Positions 25,718 to 40,140 of a stretch of DNA of 64,000 nucleotides are shown in pieces. The position numbers and the translations under genes were made by a program. The notes below the pieces were generated by a model. That model did not search any database. It saw only the letters and a program-made list of their open reading frames with translations, and was not told the DNA's origin. How positions within the stretch are numbered: position 1 is the stretch's first letter; the number at the start of each line of letters is the position of its first letter. Origin of the DNA: Callorhinchus milii (lineage: Eukaryota); contig NW_024704742.1 in the NCBI RefSeq assembly GCF_018977255.1, positions 130,388,001 to 130,452,000 on the forward strand. Reading direction: 5' to 3'.

Positions 25718-28700
25718 AATGGAATGGTACCATTGGCATAGAAATCCTTCTTATACTAGAAACTAGAAACTTAATAGCAGAGCATCTCTTATTTAAAATA
25801 ACGCACACAAGCGCAAAAGGAAACTCATGACAAAACTACAGTAATTATCTTTCAAAAATCCATTGCATTAAGTATTCATAGGGAAACAAAGCAGTGTATT
25901 AAGCACTATGAGGGCCAAACTAATCCAATTCTGGGCTGTTGAAACCTATCATCTGCCTTATCCAGAAGGGAAATCCCAGTGACAGGAGAAGGAAGTGAGG
26001 AGAGGAAAACGGATCTTGAAACAGGAAGCTCTGGGAAGGATTATAAGAAGCACATATGTCTATGTTATCTTTCACCACTGGTTATTGTAATGTAACAAGT
26101 CTATTTTTAATTTGTAAACAGAACAAGGGGAAATGTGGTACATAATGAGTATCGCAGGTGATCCACTTAACTATGTGAAGAAAATCAAGTGCCGATGGGA
26201 TTCAGGACAATAGAGTCGGCAGCCATCACTTGGGGCTTATTTATGACCGCACGCTAAGGGTGTGACTCCACAGTGACCCAATCACTCAGTTTCAGTTACC
26301 AAACCATAACAAGTAGATTCCTTAAGCAGATTGACTGAACAGTGGTGCTTGTGAGTCCTCTTTCACCCAAGGCCTTACCCCAGCACACAGAGAAACAAGC
26401 TTGTGCTGGGTTTATAAAGAACAGTGTACTGAGGACTGTGTTGTAAAGAAATCATGCAGTTCAAGGTACAATTTAAAGAGGTGGAGAAATTTGCAAAACG
26501 GTCTTCGTTTCAGCAATTAATTTGGAAGCCAGTTTTACCACAATGCACAACATGAACGCTGCAAAAAAAAATATCAATTAAATAAATAATCCTTGCGTTT
26601 GATAGAGAGTGTCAGCTTGGCTCAGTGATAGAGCTCTCGCCTCAGAGTCAGAAGGCTGTGGGTTCAAATCCTACATCGGGATTTGAACTCACATAATCTA
26701 AGACAACACTGCAATGCGTGGGGTAGGTGGGGTATGGGAGTGCTTGAACCTACAACCTTCTAACTCAGAGGTGAGAGTGTTAACCAACTGAGCTGAACAG
26801 ACTCTGCAATTCAGTTTCACGGTTCTGCAGCACATTTCAAAATTACGATTGTATTTTACTAAATTAATCAGAACCGTAAATTTTTAAAAGCAATGATCAT
26901 GAGGGCACCGTTTACTCCAACAACGTCATGTGTATTGGCACTGACTAGGGATGGTAGGGGTTAAAGAACAAGTGTGGATAGATGGGAATGGATTACCTTC
27001 TGGACTCCTGACAACCTTAGCAATGACCCAGCCAACCTAACGAACCTTAGCCAGTTCGTACAGCCCTAGAACAGCAACACATTAATTAAGGGCAGAACTA
27101 AGTAACAATAGCAAGAAATAGTTAAAATGTGACAGGAGAAAAGACAGTTTTTAGTTGGAAGTTGGGTAACACTTGCTTCTACGACCAGGATCTTGGTTCC
27201 CAAGCCAACACATGCATTATAAGCTACATATTTCCATCCATTTTGCCCTATTTTAAAAGAGGAAGAATATGGGGCTTGAAATTCTTTATGTTCGGAGGCT
27301 TAATATTTTGTGCTCAGTCTGGCTCAGCTAATAGCATACTTATCTCTAAGGTTGTGGGTTCAAGGCTCATCATAATACTTGCCTTTGATATAGCACCTTA
27401 TCACATCATTGAGACATCTTAAAGTGCTTCACAGGCTCTACTGTAAAGTGGTTTGACGATGTATTTTGTGGGCGAAACGCGGCAGCCAGTTGCGCACAGC
27501 AGTGTCCCACAAACAGCCATGGAGTGAGCGACCATTTTATTTGGGGGGATTGTTGGCCAGGACACCTGGAGAAACTCCCTTCTGTGTTTGAATAGTAGCA
27601 TGGGATCTTTAACGTCCACCTGAACAGGTAGATGGGACCTCGGTTTAATGTTGCATGTGAAGGATGTTTGAGTTCAGAGGCTATGCTGGCACCCAATGAA
27701 GTGTTGGGGAGTGTTGAACTATTGGCGGTGCCGTCCTTTGGATGAGATATTAAACCAAGGTCCTGTCTGCTGTTAAAAATCTCAAGGTATATTCGAAAAA
27801 AGAGTTTCTCCTAGCGTGGTGGCCAACAAATTCCCCCCACCCAAGATAAAATTGATTATTCACTTTATGGATGCTTATGGGACATTGCTATGTCCAAATT
27901 GGCTGCTGCATCCACCTACAAATACACAGTCACTACACTTGACGATAAATCCAATGAAACTCTTCGAGACATTCATTGAAAAACGAATCCTAGTCAATTT
28001 TTTTTGACCTTTATCTAGAGATTGCCTGGAAATCCTTTCAGTGAGAGAATAGGAAAATTATAATAATGAAATAATCCTTATATTTAATATAGTATCTTAT
28101 CACGTCGTTGAGACATCTCAAAAGCGCTTTACAGAATATACTGTGAAGTGGAATGATTGTGTATTTTGTGAGTGAAACATGGCACCCAGCAATATCCCAT
28201 TAACCTAAAGGGATAGCTCCTTCAGAGACCCAACACAGGCAAGAGGGTCCCTCTCATTCTGTGCTGTACATTTCTGTGGTTCTAGTGGAGCGAATGGTTA
28301 AAACTTCACAACTGCACTGTTTTGAATAATGTTTTTTGTTTTCATTTGCATTATCTGCTGGTTGGTTGGGAGGGAGGGAGAGGGCTAGTTAGCTTCATAC
28401 CAGCTCTGCTCAGTACCTCGCCTTTGTTTGTCCAACACAGATGCAGATCCCTGCTCTTAGGAAAACCCAACATCCTATAATTCTGATGCTAACTGTTTAC
28501 GGTTTACACCAACCGCAAATCATTGCTTCACTGCAGCCCACTATATTCCTGATAGCTTCACTTCCTTCTGACAGCGAACTGTTTATGCCCCTGTCCAAAT
28601 AGAAAGGCCGAGTCTTTAAATCACTGCAATGAGACCACACAAAGTCAAAGGTCCCAGTGCTGGTTGAAACTGACGGATTATTACAGCAATACGAGTCTGT

Positions 28701-30665
28701 GTACTACTGTGTGACTCATGCGAGGCAAATTTTAAGCCAGATTTCTTATGTGTCGACTCCCACTGTAATTTATTCACAAAGTTGACTTTAACTGATGCTG
28801 AATTGTCAAAAAAAAGGAATAACATCAAATTTTGGAAGTTAAACTATGGGGCAGGGTGGAGGAGTCAACATTGTGTTAATTTCTTCATAAGAAATCCAAA
28901 TTGTATACAAATAATGAACACTGGCCTGCTGGCTGGGCTTTAAGACATTCTGACTCTGCTCTCTGGGACACCATCACAGAATCCCTCTAACTTGTTCCCT
29001 GTCGATTTTCAAAGCACATCTCAAAACATACATCTTTGACCATCTTTCTCCTCCCCAATCCCCTCAGCTCCCACCCCCAGCTCAGCACTGCGAAGAGCTT
29101 CACGACATCCTCCCAACGTGAAGGCACAATACAAATGGAAATTTAATTATAAATATACCTTCACAGGAATTGTCCGCAAAGCAATTCGAAAGGTTTCGAC
29201 ATTATTGGCAATGTATGAAATACAAGGATTATTATTGTTAAATACAGGATTATTGTTGTTATTAACACTTTCTACTAATTCTCCGACTCTGTCATGGTTC
29301 ATTTGTGAGGCTTGGTAGTGAGTGTCAGAGAGGGCACCTCTTCTCACCCAGCTGTCACACATACTCACGACCAATAGATGGACCAACACTGACCAGGATT
29401 GGGAACCAGCAAATTCCTGGTCCATAAACTACTATTGCAATTTGTACAAAGCACCAGTGTGGGTGGAACTATAAGTGAGCTCTATGCCAACTGAGGCCAC
29501 AATTAATAATTATTGCGTTATTAGGATGGGTCTATGGGAGAGGGAGGGGAAAGAAACTGAGGCCGATGAAGTGAAGCTCTGTGCCTACTTATTCCTGCAA
29601 GCAATAGGACCTGGGTTTGATTCAGGGCAGGGCAAAATGGTAGGCAAATTTCCTCACTCTACACACTTCTGTTTACCTAGCAGTAAGTAGGAACCTAGTT
29701 GTTGGTCAATTGGCGGATCATTTTTCCGGGGGTAAAAATCCCTTTAAAAAAAACTGACTACACATCTCGGCCACAAAACATACAGTCAATTCACTTTACA
29801 GTATATTCTGTGATGCACTTCGAGATGTCTCGAAAACATGATAAGGCGCTGTATCAAAAAGGATTATTATTATTATCCCCTAATACTAACGTTGAGATTT
29901 ATTGCTAGAATGAATTTCTGATGAGAAAATAAAACTGCGGAGAAATTCTACTCAAATGGATTTGTTTTCACACTGTGAAATAATGACCATCAGCGATGTC
30001 TTTTGGTTGAATTTAAAAAATGTTCTGTCCTACAAAAGAGGTGCTGTCTTTTTAATAGTGGGAAAATATTAATCCACACTTCAAATACCAGGCATGTTTT
30101 GTTCTGACAATAAAATTCCTAAAACAACTAAAGCCTGAAATTACAACAACTTGCGTTGATTTAATACGCTTCACGCAGGACAGAGCTTCGTCTGAAGATC
30201 AAAATTATAACATTTAAATATCATGCAAAACTTCCATCTTCCATTAAATTCCATCTTAATGTGGAACCCCATTTGCTCCTGATTTAAACTAGCTTTCAAT
30301 TTGAAGAATCTTCAAAAATTTTCTGGTGATGGATTCGGGATTTAATAATAATAACTCTTGCATTTGATATAGTACCTTATAGCATCAAAGCGCTTCACAG
30401 AATATATTGTAAAATGGATTGACTTATTTTGTGGGAGAAACATTCTCAGAACAGACTCGGCAGATTGCTGGGAAAACAGTCAGCATTGAGGTTTCTGCTG
30501 GAAAATATTAAGTAGGTGATGCTTGGCAAGCTTGTCTCCCACCGGAGATCCAAGTCTGATCTGACATCATTTACAGGGGATTAGTCATGATCATGTTTTA
30601 TTATCCAGAATAAATTGACTAATCGTCAGAAGGAGACTCCAGCTTTGGAACCCAAAACAACCGAC

Positions 30666-31032
30666 AATAATAAAAAGTAATTCTTGCATTTTATACAGCA
30701 TATTATGTCGTTGAAACGTCTGAAAGGGTGCCACAGAATATACTGTAAAGTGAATTCACCGTGTATTTTGTGGGCGAAGCGCAGCAGCCAATTGAGCACA
30801 GCAGAATCCCACAAACAGTAGTGGATTGAGCGACCAAATTTTTTTTAAAGGGATTATTACCCATGGAAAGCGATCTGCTAATCGATTAACAACCGGGTTC
30901 CTACTTACTGATAGGTAAATAGAGGCGTGTGGAGTAAGGAAATTTGCCTAAGGTTTCGCCCCGCCCAGGAATCGAACCCTTGCCTCTCACTTGCGAGGCG
31001 AGTGCTCTAACCACTTAGGTGCAGGACTCCAC
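30666..31032 (-). mobile_element. SINE family A, long form, full length
   Basis: All modules present in reverse complement. Confidence 0.9.
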
Positions 31033-31609
31033 AATGTGCTGCCCCCTTAAAGAGATGCCCTGCACCATGTCAGGCTCTGTGTTGGCCACTATGGTTTCTC
31101 AGTATGTTGGGGTTTTAAATGTCCAAAACTGGGGAAACTGAGGACCCACGATTCAAAACAAGCTCTTAATCCTCCTCAGACCGGGCTGGAGAGTCGCCAA
31201 GATGGTCACGTTTCGCATGAGAGGGAGATGCAGCCGGCTGATCATTGACTGGCTTTTATGAACCTCCTAGTTGCCAGCTTCGGAGGAGTAATGTATTGGC
31301 AGAGTCATGGGAATGCACTCCAGCCCAACTTTACAGCTTGGGAAGTTAAGTGGCCCAGGGAAACCTGGGGAGAGGCAGGAAATTATACAAACAAAATCAC
31401 TGTAAAGTGATCACCAAAATAAATACAGCATTCAATACCCCTTCCATGGCTTTAGAGCTATTGCACTGGCGTATTATTAACCCATATTCAACAACTCCAA
31501 CTTGCATTTGTACAATGCCTTTTGCACAGGGGGGAAAACATCGCAAAAGTGCTTTATAATGACTGAGCAGATACCCAAGCTGGTACTAATCACAGGGAGT
31601 AATCGGTTG

Positions 31610-31870
31610 AAGTCACAGTCAACAAATATAGACCGAGAAGGTACCAAATTCAATGCTTGGCCTGTGCTACCAAAGCAAATCTCTTTTATGACAGTGTTTG
31701 GTGAACACCACTGTGGTGGGCCTGGGATAGGAAAGGGAGAAAATCAGGCAGTGATCTCAGTCCTCATCTCCATCTCATGATTCCTAATTGAAGTAACGTA
31801 AGGAGGGCAGAATCAGGCTCAACTGTGACTGTCCCAATGTCAAGTCCTCCTCCTGACCCTCAGTGGGAGT
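31610..31870 (+). mobile_element. Highly decayed ancient SINE-like repeat
   Basis: AGACCGAGAAGGTACC..TTCAAT..TGGCCTGTGCT, GGGAGAAAATCAG and GGCAGAATCAGGCTCAACTGTGA resemble an old gnathostome SINE recalled from memory. A weaker similar piece is at ~52945-53020. Confidence 0.35.
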
Positions 31871-33507
31871 CCGGATTCATACATAAAAAATAAATAACAA
31901 TCCTTGCATTCGATAAGAGTGTCTGGTCACATCATTGAGACATGTCAAAGTGTTTCATAAGATTTTACTGTAGGCAAGCACGGCAGCCAGTTTTGCACCC
32001 AGCAATGTCCAACAAATAGCCATGAATTGAACGATTATTTTTATCTGACTGTTGGCCCAGGACACCAGGAGAAACTCCCTTCTCTTTTCAAGTAGGACCA
32101 TGGGATCTTTAACATCCACCTGAACAGGCAGACGGGACCTCAGTTTAACATCTCATCCAAAGGACGGTACCTCCGATAATGGAGTGCTCCCTCAGTGCTG
32201 CATTGGAGTGTAATCTTAGACTGTGAGCTCAAAGTCCTAAAGCGAAGTTAAAAGGGACTTCTGACAATTGTGGGTGGAACTTTACTCCAGCAGAATCACT
32301 GATGTTAGGAAGGAAGGGGGTGGGGGAAGGAACATAAACAAGAGCCAACTCCCCAGCACATGAATCTGGAACAAGAAAAAGCTTCCCAAGTCAGTACTTG
32401 TTACAAACTCCCAATTTCACCCACAAAATAGAGTCAATTCACATTACAGTATATTCTGTGAAGAGCTCAGCGCTCTGAGACAACATCTCAATGACATGAT
32501 AAGCTGCTATATCAAATGCAGCGATTATTATAGTGTATTTTACTCAATTCCCAAATGAACAACAACTTTGTCTGCACGGAGAATACGGTCAACTCCAGAG
32601 AAACACATACCTGTTCCAAGGGTCAAATTTCAATGATCAAACCACTTCCCGTTCACTCCCATTGTACAGGTTTCCTGAGCAAAAGTAGGTTGGAATTTGC
32701 CAAACTACTTCTCATTGTGAGGGTTTCCTGACCCCAACACAGAGCTCAACAGTTAAAGCTCTTGTTTTACCCTGGTGTCAAAATCCTTTGACAAAATAGC
32801 ACCCTCACAATGGCTCCTTACGATCCATTATTCAGCTCACTAAACAGAACTAAACACTGCTACATTCCACCACAATTTTTCAAGCCAAGTGGCTTTGCTA
32901 AAATCCATTAAAATAGCATAGTAATTAGCGAAAGGACCCTGGTTTGATTCCCGGGCAGGGCGAAACCTTAGGCAAGTTTCTTTACTCCACACGTCTCTAT
33001 TTACCTAGCAGTAAGTAGGAACCCATTTGTTAGTCAATTGGCATATTGCTTTCCAGGGATAATAATCCCTCCAAAATAAACTTTGGTCACACAATCCACA
33101 AATGTTTGTGGGACACTGTTGTGTGCAATTGGCTGCTGCATTTCAGCCACAAAATACACAGTAACTACACAACATATTCTGTGACGTGCTTTGAGACGAC
33201 TCAACGATGTCATAAGACCCTATATCAGATGCAAGGATAGTTATTAATACCTTCTTGATAAATTGTGGATTGAATTGTTCCATTTTTTAAAAAGAAAATA
33301 GAAGGTTTCAAATCGTTGCAGTTGTTTTACTCCAGTGTTTTATATTTTGTAGTTGTATTTTATTGTTAATGTACAGCAACTTGCACTCATCTCAAAGCAC
33401 TTTGCAAAGCCCAAATAGCAGCCCAAGCTGGGTGGTGTGGAGAAAGGGGATATATGAAGGCACAGTCAAAGAAGTAGTTCTTCAGGCAGGATTTGAAAGC
33501 AGAGAGG

Positions 33508-33944
33508 GTAATAATAAATAATAATCCTTGTATTTGATATAGCGCCTTATCACATCGTTGAGACGTCTCAAAGAGCTTCACAGGATATACTGTAAAGTGG
33601 ATTGACTGTGTATTTTGTGGTCAAAATGCGGCAGCCAGTTGTACACACCAATGTCCTCAACAGCCATGGAGTGAGTGACCAATTTTTACTTGAGGGGGGA
33701 TTGTTGGCCAGGACACCGGAAGAAATTGCCTTCTCTTGTTGAATACTGTAGTGCCTGAACAGGCAGATGGGTCCTCGGTTTAACATCTCATCCAAAAGAT
33801 GGCACCTCTGACAATGCAACACACCCCCAGCACTGAATTGGGGTGTCAGTTAATCACTATGTGATTCCAAGTCCCGATGTGGGGCTTGAACCCACAACCT
33901 TCTGATTCAGAGGCGAGAGTGCAACTGCTGAGTTAGGCTGACAC
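33508..33944 (-). mobile_element. SINE family B (DeuSINE), full length
   Basis: All modules present in reverse complement. Confidence 0.9.
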
Positions 33945-34490
33945 ACAGCTGACTCAGAGACATTTCAGATGGAAAGGGACAAAGTAGCTGGAGCCTTAAT
34001 AAGTAGGAATTAGAAGGAAAGGAAGGAAAGTGACCAAAAATATTATCGAGGAGGTCGTTATTTTTTAAATAAGGGTTTTGAACATATGTGCGAGGCGGAT
34101 GGATTTCGGAAGGTAGTTCCAAAGAGTGACATAAAAAATATCCACAAAGTGAATAACAAAGCATTGAAAATAATGTGCAAAGATGTACAAAAAAAGTCTC
34201 TCATACTCAGTCTTCCTCCAGTTAGAGGGTAGTGAGGGGAAAGAAGGAAGGCTTAATTCTGCTCCGAGCAGCCAATTTGTGCGTTTACCAAATGTTGTTG
34301 TTTTGCGCTTATAAATAAACATAATGCAATTTGAAAAGTTTAATTGAATTTGACATTTAGAATATCATGTCATTATCATTTAAAACTACATTAAATTTAT
34401 TTATAAATACACAGAGATACATTCACTGAGAACAGGGTTTTGTCCCCATTCATTAAATCGGCCACATGCAATCTTAAAATCAGATTAATT

Positions 34491-34965
34491 ATAAGAACAT
34501 AAGAATTTGCTAGGAGAAAAAAGACCAAGGTCCATCTAGTTTGCCTTCCACCATCCTGGCAGTCCCTTGACAAGTCGTTTTCCAAACTATATACTGTATC
34601 CTGAGATGTTATTTTTTAGCAGAAATCTATCTAATTTGTTGTTGAAACAAACAACACTTTCTCCTTCCACCGTCTCCCTAGGGAGCCTGTTCCACAAGTT
34701 TACTACTCGCTCACTGAAGTAGTGTTTCCACAGATTTGTTCTGAATTTACCCCCCCTTCAATTACTGGCCATGTTCTCTGGTTTTACTGTTCAGTACAAG
34801 ATAAAACAGCTTATCATGGTCTACATTATCTATTCCCTTCAGAATCTTAAAGACTGTAATCATATCGCCCCTCAAACTTCTCTTCTCCAGCGTAAATATG
34901 CCCAGTTTACCCAATCGCTCCTTGTAGTCCAGTCCCTCCATCCCCTCTATCATTTTGGTTGCCCT
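34491..34965 (-). mobile_element. CR1 LINE 3' fragment (different subfamily)
   Basis: ERLGKLGIFTLEKRSLRGDMITVFKILKG; (TTCTTATG)-type tail. Confidence 0.9.
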
Positions 34966-35316
34966 AAAGAGGAGATAGCCCCCCTCCCATACAGTGCTGG
35001 GGGTGGGGGGAGCACTGCAATGTCGGAGGAGTCGTCCTATGGATGAGACATTAAATCAACATCCCGTCTGGCTGTTCAGGTGGATCTTAAAGATTTCACG
35101 GGACAATTTGGAAAGTGAGCGGAGGTTATCCCAGTTTCCCGGCAAACAATCCCCAGAGAAAAATCACTTATTCATTTCATGTGGAGTATTGCTGTGTACA
35201 AAATTTACTGCTACGATCACCTACAAAGCAGTCACAACAACCTACAATAAATTCTGTGAAGCGTTTAGAGATTTTCTCTCAAAGTGAACAGCACTATATC
35301 AAATACAAGGATTATT

Positions 35317-35652
35317 GTGGACTCCCATAGTCTAGTGGTTAGAGCACTCGCCTCACAAGCAGGAAGACCTTGATTCGATTCCCAGGCAAAGCAAAACCTT
35401 AAGTAAGTTTCCTTACTCCACACGCCTTTGTTTACCTAGCAGTTAAGTAGGAAACCGGTTGTTAATCGATTGGCAGATCGCCTTTCCAGGGGTAATAATC
35501 CCTCAAAAAAATTTCAGTCACTCAATCCACGACTGTATGTGAGACACTGCTGTGCATAATTGGCTAACACATTTCACCCACAAAATAGTCAATTTACAAT
35601 ATATTTTCTGAAGCTCTTTGAGACATATACATCAAATGCAGAGATTATTATT
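35317..35652 (+). mobile_element. SINE family A, long form, directly after a DeuSINE (~34990-35316)
   Basis: GTGGACTCCCATAGTCTAGTGGTTAGAGCACTCG head starts in the tail of the preceding SINE. Confidence 0.9.
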
Positions 35653-36859
35653 AAAAAAAAATATTTATTCCTCCTCTCCATCTGCTTATTCCACTCCCAT
35701 AAAAACCCTTTGCCTATCTGGCCTCCTCCTATACAAGATCGCAAAGGACCACTTTGCTCTAATCATGTTATTAAAACCAGAAAGGTCTGAATGGACTTTA
35801 TCAGCCCTGTACTATATGTTCTTATATAACCTTTCGAATCAGCTCTTTAAAATCTAAAACTTGTAACGTTTCCAAAAACCACCAAGTCCTGGGCAGAAAC
35901 CCAACTTCTCTCTGGACATAAATCTACAGGCCACCAAACAGGCCGTGTGAACTCATTTAGTTCACCACAGTGAACCACACCACACTAGATCTATATCTGG
36001 ATTTTTGCAAAAATTCCTGACCAAAGGATAATCCCAAACCAAGCAAAACATTTTTTTCTGGAAAAAGAATACTGCTGTATTCAGATGTGCACGGGTCTAC
36101 ATGCGCCCCTTTACATGATGTAAAGATCAGAACAGCAGGAGAAACTCCCTTCTCTTTTCAAATAATGCCAAGAGATGGTTAACTGGTGTTTAACGTTTCG
36201 AACGAATACAATACACAATACAAATTTACGAGGATCTTGAATTCAATCTACTGGGGGTGGGGGCTCAGTGGAAGCGGCATGAATGCCTTGGGACGTTCTC
36301 CTGACATGAAAGGTGCTGTACAAATGAAATTTGTTGTTATTCTTGTTGATGAATGTTATCACCTCAGATATTAGAAAGAAGTGGATTATTCTGATCGTTA
36401 CATCATACAACGCATTGTGTTATTTTTCACGGATGGGATTTCTAATACAGAAATAAATATCCACAATTTCAGATTCCATTGCTTGCATTGAGCCAAAACA
36501 TGACCACTTTAGGTTGTTTCAAGCTGCTATCTTGTATGTTTATCAATCTCAGCTAATCTTCACGCTTGCTGGCGATGGCTGACCAAGGTCCAAGATCATG
36601 GAGCAAAATGTTCCGAGCTGTTCATGCTTCAGCAAGGTCGCAAACAAACCAACTGTGGCATCCTCGCTCCACTTCCAGATCCGACCTTCGGACGAGATGT
36701 TAAAGGTTAAACCGAGGAACTATCCGCCTGTTAAGGTGGATGTTGAGGCTCTATTCAAAAAGAGTGTCTCCCAGTGTCTTAGCCAATAAAATGGTCATTC
36801 CCACACTTCACTGGCTGTTTGTGGGATTGTAGCGCATAGATTGTTTACTCTGTTCATTT

Positions 36860-37680
36860 ACAACAACAACAACAACAACAAGATTCCATTTATAAAGCGC
36901 CTTTCACGTCAGGAGGACGTCCCAAGGCGCTGCACAGTTGGGTCATGACCCGAGCAGGGGGGAAATGGTCAGGGTGAGGGGAGGGAAGGGAGGGAGCGAG
37001 GAGGGGGAAGAGAGTCGAGAGGGGAGCTGAAGGCTCGGTCAAAGAGAAAGGTTTTGAGGAGGAGGAGAGGGAAGAAGCAAGGCGAAGGCACTGGGGGATG
37101 GAGTTCCAGAGCCTGGGGGCTGAGAGGCTGAAGGCCCGGCCACCGATGGTAGGGCGGTTGGGGCGGGGGATGTGGAGCAGACCGGAACCGGAGGAACGGA
37201 GGGTACGGGCAGGTAAGTAGGGGGATAGTAGGTCGGAGAGGTAGGAGGGAGCAAGGCTGTGAATGGCCTTGTAGGTGAGGATGACGATCTTGAAATCAAT
37301 CCTCTGGGGGATGGGGAGCCAGTGGAGGCGAGCGAGGGTGGGAGTGATGTGGTCGTGAAGTCTGGTGCGGGACAGTACACGAGCTGCAGAGTTCTGAATG
37401 ACCTGCAGCTTGTGGAGGGAGGGCCGGGAAGGCCGGCGAGGAGAGAGTTCCCATAGTCCAGCCTTGAGGTGACAAAGGCGTGGACCAGGGTTTCAGCAGC
37501 GTGAGGGGTGAGGTAGTGCCATAGTCTGGCGATGTTCCGGAGGTGATGGAAGGCAGTGCCAGTTGTGGTGCGGATGTGAGGGAGAAAGGACAGCTCAGGG
37601 TCGAACAAAACGCCGAGGTTCCTGACTGGCTTTGAGAGGTGGAGAGTGCAGCCTTGGATGCTGATGGTGTCGGCGCCTGA
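36860..37680 (-). mobile_element. Young L2 LINE, 5'-truncated, inserted in a DeuSINE
   Basis: RNLGVLFD..LSF..HI, LRNIARL and LVHAFVTSRLDYGNSLLAGLP; after a frameshift, LHWLP and RAFS..PRLWN. 3' stem-loop GCGCCTT..AAGGCGC and (TTG)n tail. CpGs retained. Confidence 0.95.
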
Positions 37681-40140
37681 CAAATACACAGTCACTACAC
37701 TTTACAGTAGAATCCTGCAATCTGAGACTTCTTGACAACTTGATAAGACACTATGCAAATCTAAAAGCAAGAATTGTTGTTATAATAATAATAATATTAA
37801 TGACAAGCAATGGAAAGAAACTTTGCTGCTTTAGTGTGTTGTCCCTGGTCCTGGTGTACCTTTGATTACTATCAGCACAGAAGCTCAAAACATCAACTGT
37901 GTGAGGTATTTGTTTTTTTGTTATATCAGCTGAAATACTGCTGCAGAAGAAGCTGAAATGTCTGCTGACACTTTTTGCTGAGCAATAACCAACTCTACAG
38001 GGAGGGATGACCTTTGCTTCAGAGATTTCGGACATATTCCTGCAACTTGTTATATGTTAATATTCTTCTACCAGTTCACCTTTGGAACTACCATGAAGGC
38101 AGTGACAGACTAATCAATTACTGTTCTCAGCTTCAAGCTCTAATAGTATTGAAAGCCTCCACTTAACTCTTGCAGCCAGCAAACCAGCTCACACAAAGTT
38201 GCTGTAAGATGCGACATTCAACTTGCCCAGGAGCTATTGCAATTGTCTGTCAAGTCCACAAGCAAATATTGTATTACGATAACACATGTTAATTTGCTCA
38301 GTCTCAGTCTTTCCAGATGCAAAGCTCTAAATAGATCAACCTCTGCTGCACACTGCATATGTTAAAGGCACATTGTCTTTATTCCTGACTCCTTTGCCAT
38401 TTCGCCCACAAAATACGCAATCAATCAATCTTACAGTATATTCTGTGAAGCGCTTTGAGATGTCTCGAAGACGTAATAAGTGTGAAATAAGTAGCATTAT
38501 TATTATTATTATTATAGAGAGAAAAACCTAAGACTTGAAATTCCCATGGCCTTATCCTTTGTCCTGAAATTCACAGTCTTAGCCTGTAACACCATTTTTG
38601 TCTATAATTTAAGATTGCAAAGAAGTGTGCAGAACTCGGGAGCCTGCCATCAATCACTGTTCAGATTCACGAGTAAACAATAGCCCATCAGGTGAGGTAC
38701 AGAGTATGATTTGTACTTGTACCTTAATTTGGAAGCCTGTTTCCTGCAACTTTTAAAAAGAACAAGAAAAAGAACATTAAGACTGAACTTAATAATAATA
38801 ATCTTTGCATTTGATATAGCATCTTATCACATCGTTGAGGCGTCTCAAAGCACTTCACTGAATATACTGTAAAGTGAATTGACTGTAAAATTTGTGGGCG
38901 AAATGTGGCAGCCAATTGCACACAGCAGTGTCCCACAAATAGTCGTGAGTGACCAAATTATTATCTATTATTTATTTATTTTGAAGATATTGTTGCTCTG
39001 GTAAACAATAAGCTAATCGACTAACAACTGGGTTTCTACTTACTGCTAGGTAAACACAAGCGTGTCGAGCAAGAAAAACTTGCCTAAGGTTTCCACCATG
39101 CAAGGAAATCAAACCCAAGCCCTCTCTCTCGCTCTACGCGTGGAAAACTGTGGAAAACCATTTGCAAAATTTAGACAGCATTTAAGAATTTTCCAAAAGC
39201 CCGCAAGAAATTCAATTTTAAGACAGACAGAATTCACAGCGCTCCCATATCATCCTACATGAAGGGAAGCTACAGAAATACAAGTTGTAGTTGTTTTAAG
39301 TTTAAATCCATGAGATATTTCAGACATCAGATGAGCTGTGCATCATTTTGGTCACAATGCCACTGGATTCGTCACTATGATGCCATCGATGTCATGTGTT
39401 TGTAAGTACTGTGGATAAGACATTAAATTGAGGTCCCGTCTGCCTGTCTATAGCCAAGATCCTGCCTGCCTAAGCTATATGAGTTCAAAGTCTATCATTT
39501 TGAGTCTCTGAATCTGAACTTCTAGAAATCCCATAAAAGCGAGTACCACGATTTGTAATGTGCACAAACCAGCACATTCTGTTCCAAAACTCAGGTCCCA
39601 CCAAAAGCTGCCAACTCACAGAACAATGAGCTTATCTTCGCCAGTCACTGATAGCTCCATACAACAACAACAAATTACATTTGTATAACACCTTTCACAT
39701 CGGGAGGACATCCCAAAGCGCGGATTGGACAGTCAAGGATTTGGACTCGAGCCTAGGGCTGGAATCAGGATTAACTAAATGCACTGAGTTTTGAACTGAC
39801 GGCTGGCGGAGCAGAAAGGTTTAGCAGCTTAGCAACAGGCAGAGTAAGCACTGAGGGCTCTGAAATCTATAGACAGCAAATGACCCCCTTCCCAAAACTG
39901 AGACTATAGTGGAAACATAAACAGTTGTGAAAACAGACTAATATATGGTAATTTATGATATAAGAAGTGTTAGATTTATATGGATCAACAAAACGATAAG
40001 GCATCTCCTCTCCATGGAGAGACAAACTCCAGTAATAAAATTACTATGTACTTTTTGCTCACAAAATACACTGTGAAGCAATTTGAGATGCTTCGACAAC
40101 ATGATAAGGCACTATATCAAATACAAGTATTATTATTAAC

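Noticed and set aside
37039..37695. 218 aa ORF (and 40259-41143, 47111-47629) as host genes
   Set aside because: Frameshifted L2/CR1 reverse-transcriptase remnants.
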